Below, in pieces: positions 62,545 to 64,000 of a DNA stretch of 64,000 nucleotides. The DNA is from Camelus ferus (Eukaryota). The position numbers and the translations under genes were made by a program. Each line of letters opens with the position of its first letter. Within the stretch, counting starts at the first letter, position 1. The notes below the pieces were generated by a model. The model saw only the letters and a list, made by a program, of their open reading frames with translations, was not told where the DNA came from and searched no databases. The stretch is from assembly GCF_009834535.1 (NCBI RefSeq), contig NC_045696.1, positions 72,480,001 through 72,544,000 on the forward strand. Direction: 5' to 3'.

Positions 62545-62662
62545 TTGGAGGCAACCTCTCATTCATGGTCTTATTTTGTTCACCAAGTACCTTTATGAGG
62601 TACATAGAGTGAGGATCATAATGATTATTTTATAGAGGAGGAAGTTGAGGCATTAGAGAGAC
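62545..62662 (-). mobile_element. MIR fragment
   Basis: CCTTTATGAGGT..ATTTTATAGAGGAGGAAGTTGAGGCATTAGAGAG. Confidence 0.55.
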
Positions 62663-62819
62663 ATTGTTTTATGTTTCTTTCATGGTAAGCTTTGTTCTGA
62701 GAAAACAAATATCATCCCTTTTAAAAACTATAGTTATCAAAAAACAAGTTATAAAGCCACAGGAAGGAAGCTGTAATTTTCCCCACTTCATTCTAAGTTG
62801 GATCTCCGTAATGTTTGTT

Positions 62820-63020
62820 CTCACTACCCTCTGTTGTTTTTCTTTATCACTTGGTCTAATGTAGACATATATATTTATTAGTGTGGTTTACTTTGTTCCT
62901 TCAGATTGTCAACTCCCTGGGGCCAATCATCATATTTTTACTGGATACCTAGTACCCAGCATCCCTGCTTGGCATGTAATAGGTGCTCAATAAATTCTCT
63001 TTGAGGAACACATGCTTAAT
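62820..63020 (+). mobile_element. L2 3' fragment
   Basis: AGATTGTCAACTCCCTGGGG..CCCAGCA..CTTGGCATGTAATAGGTGCTCAATAAAT. Confidence 0.7.
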
Positions 63021-63477
63021 GAGTGAACATAAGCAATATGTTTAAATTTTGAAAGGTAAAAAAGCAAGGCAATGGAGAAGTTGGAGGTGAATTAATCCAG
63101 GTGGAAAAGAAATAAAACCTCTCCAATTTGCTTGAGACAATTACAGTTGTATAAACAAATAATGTTAATCAGATCTTTTTTTTTTTCTTTTTTGAGTTTG
63201 CCAGTATCTAAGAAAAGAAACGAGGACTAACAGCAGGGAACTGGGTGGTTCTGAAGGAATTATAAACAAGAAGCTTAGAGTGGGCATGTGAGCAAGTTGA
63301 AACTTAGAGTCTTGTGTGCAAGGGCTTGGAATGTTCTGAAAAGTCCCAAAGTTTTGTACAGACTTAGAGTGAAGAGATTCAAGGTGATTTTAAGGAAGCA
63401 TCCCACTATCCTACCTGAGTGTAAAAGAAACCTCGGTGGATTACAGAGTCACTAACAAGAGTTAAGCATGGAACTTG

Positions 63478-63635
63478 TTCAGTGGAAGGAGATTCTAATA
63501 GGGAGAGTTCAGGTTAAGCACCTGCTCCCAGCTCTTCCCAGGGTTGGCAGTGTAGCCTTGGTAAAGTCACTAAGCTGCCCTGGGCCACCATTTCTGAACT
63601 TGAATTGGAAAAAGAGATTTTCCAGCTCTAAAAAT
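63478..63635 (+). mobile_element. MIR fragment
   Basis: TGTAGCCTTGGTAAAGTCACTAAGC..CTGGGCC..ATTTC..TTCCAGCTCTAAAA. Confidence 0.5.
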
Positions 63636-64000
63636 ATATGGTGTTGCTATTATTCCAAGTCTTGCTCTGTGTTGTGTGTCTGTTTTGGAAATAGAATTCC
63701 TATATTTTAAATATTTTCACTTAACTGTTTTAATAAAAATTCTGTTTTCATGAGGGAAAATAAAATCTATATTGCTTTGTAAATTGTACCTGTAGGAAAC
63801 CTAGCTGTCTGGACCATGAGCCTATAACAAAGGCTCAGGAGTCTACCTCATGATTTCTTATCCCATATGCAAAATAAATACATGGAAAGAAAAAGCCTTG
63901 TAAACCCAGATAAGTGCAGTGGTGATATAAATCTGAGGCGAATTTTTGTGAAATGGCTTGCCTATAGTCACAACATGGGTTGGTCCCTTATCCAAGCCCC

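Noticed and set aside
63274..63370. Three CTTAGAGT copies spaced 29 and 60 bp apart (array-like)
   Set aside because: Only 8 bp is shared and the period is irregular; at most a decayed minisatellite. CRISPR is not applicable to mammalian DNA.
1..64000. Remaining 60-125 aa ORFs in the supplied track
   Set aside because: Many use non-ATG starts or overlap repeats, their lengths fit random expectation, and none resembles a cellular protein I know.

Overview
This is AT-rich, CpG-depleted mammalian genomic DNA, intronic or intergenic in character. I recognise no cellular protein-coding gene, RNA gene or prokaryotic feature. Two short tRNA-derived SINEs match the camelid (alpaca/camel) SINE pattern as I recall it, so the source is probably a camelid (inference). 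A large part of the window is transposable-element relic: many MIR and L2 fragments, old L1M fragments, two younger 5'-truncated L1 copies with target-site duplications (TSDs), MaLR (MLT1) and MLT2 solo LTRs, a ~3.3 kb ERV-L-type provirus fragment (RT, integrase, dUTPase, PPT, 3' LTR), an unclassified ~800 bp LTR-like element, and hAT DNA-transposon relics. The most interesting non-TE signals are a 39-bp perfect direct repeat with copies 1.2 kb apart, candidate spliced exons on both strands (unrecognised products), a G-U-rich strand-specific hairpin near 33.0 kb, an RFX/NF-Y/E-box motif cluster near 53.55 kb, and a CpG-retaining stretch at 57.4-59.5 kb. Repeat family names come from remembered consensus sequences, and the boundaries of old repeats are approximate. 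I found no convincing evidence of a novel biological system; the findings are leads to test.
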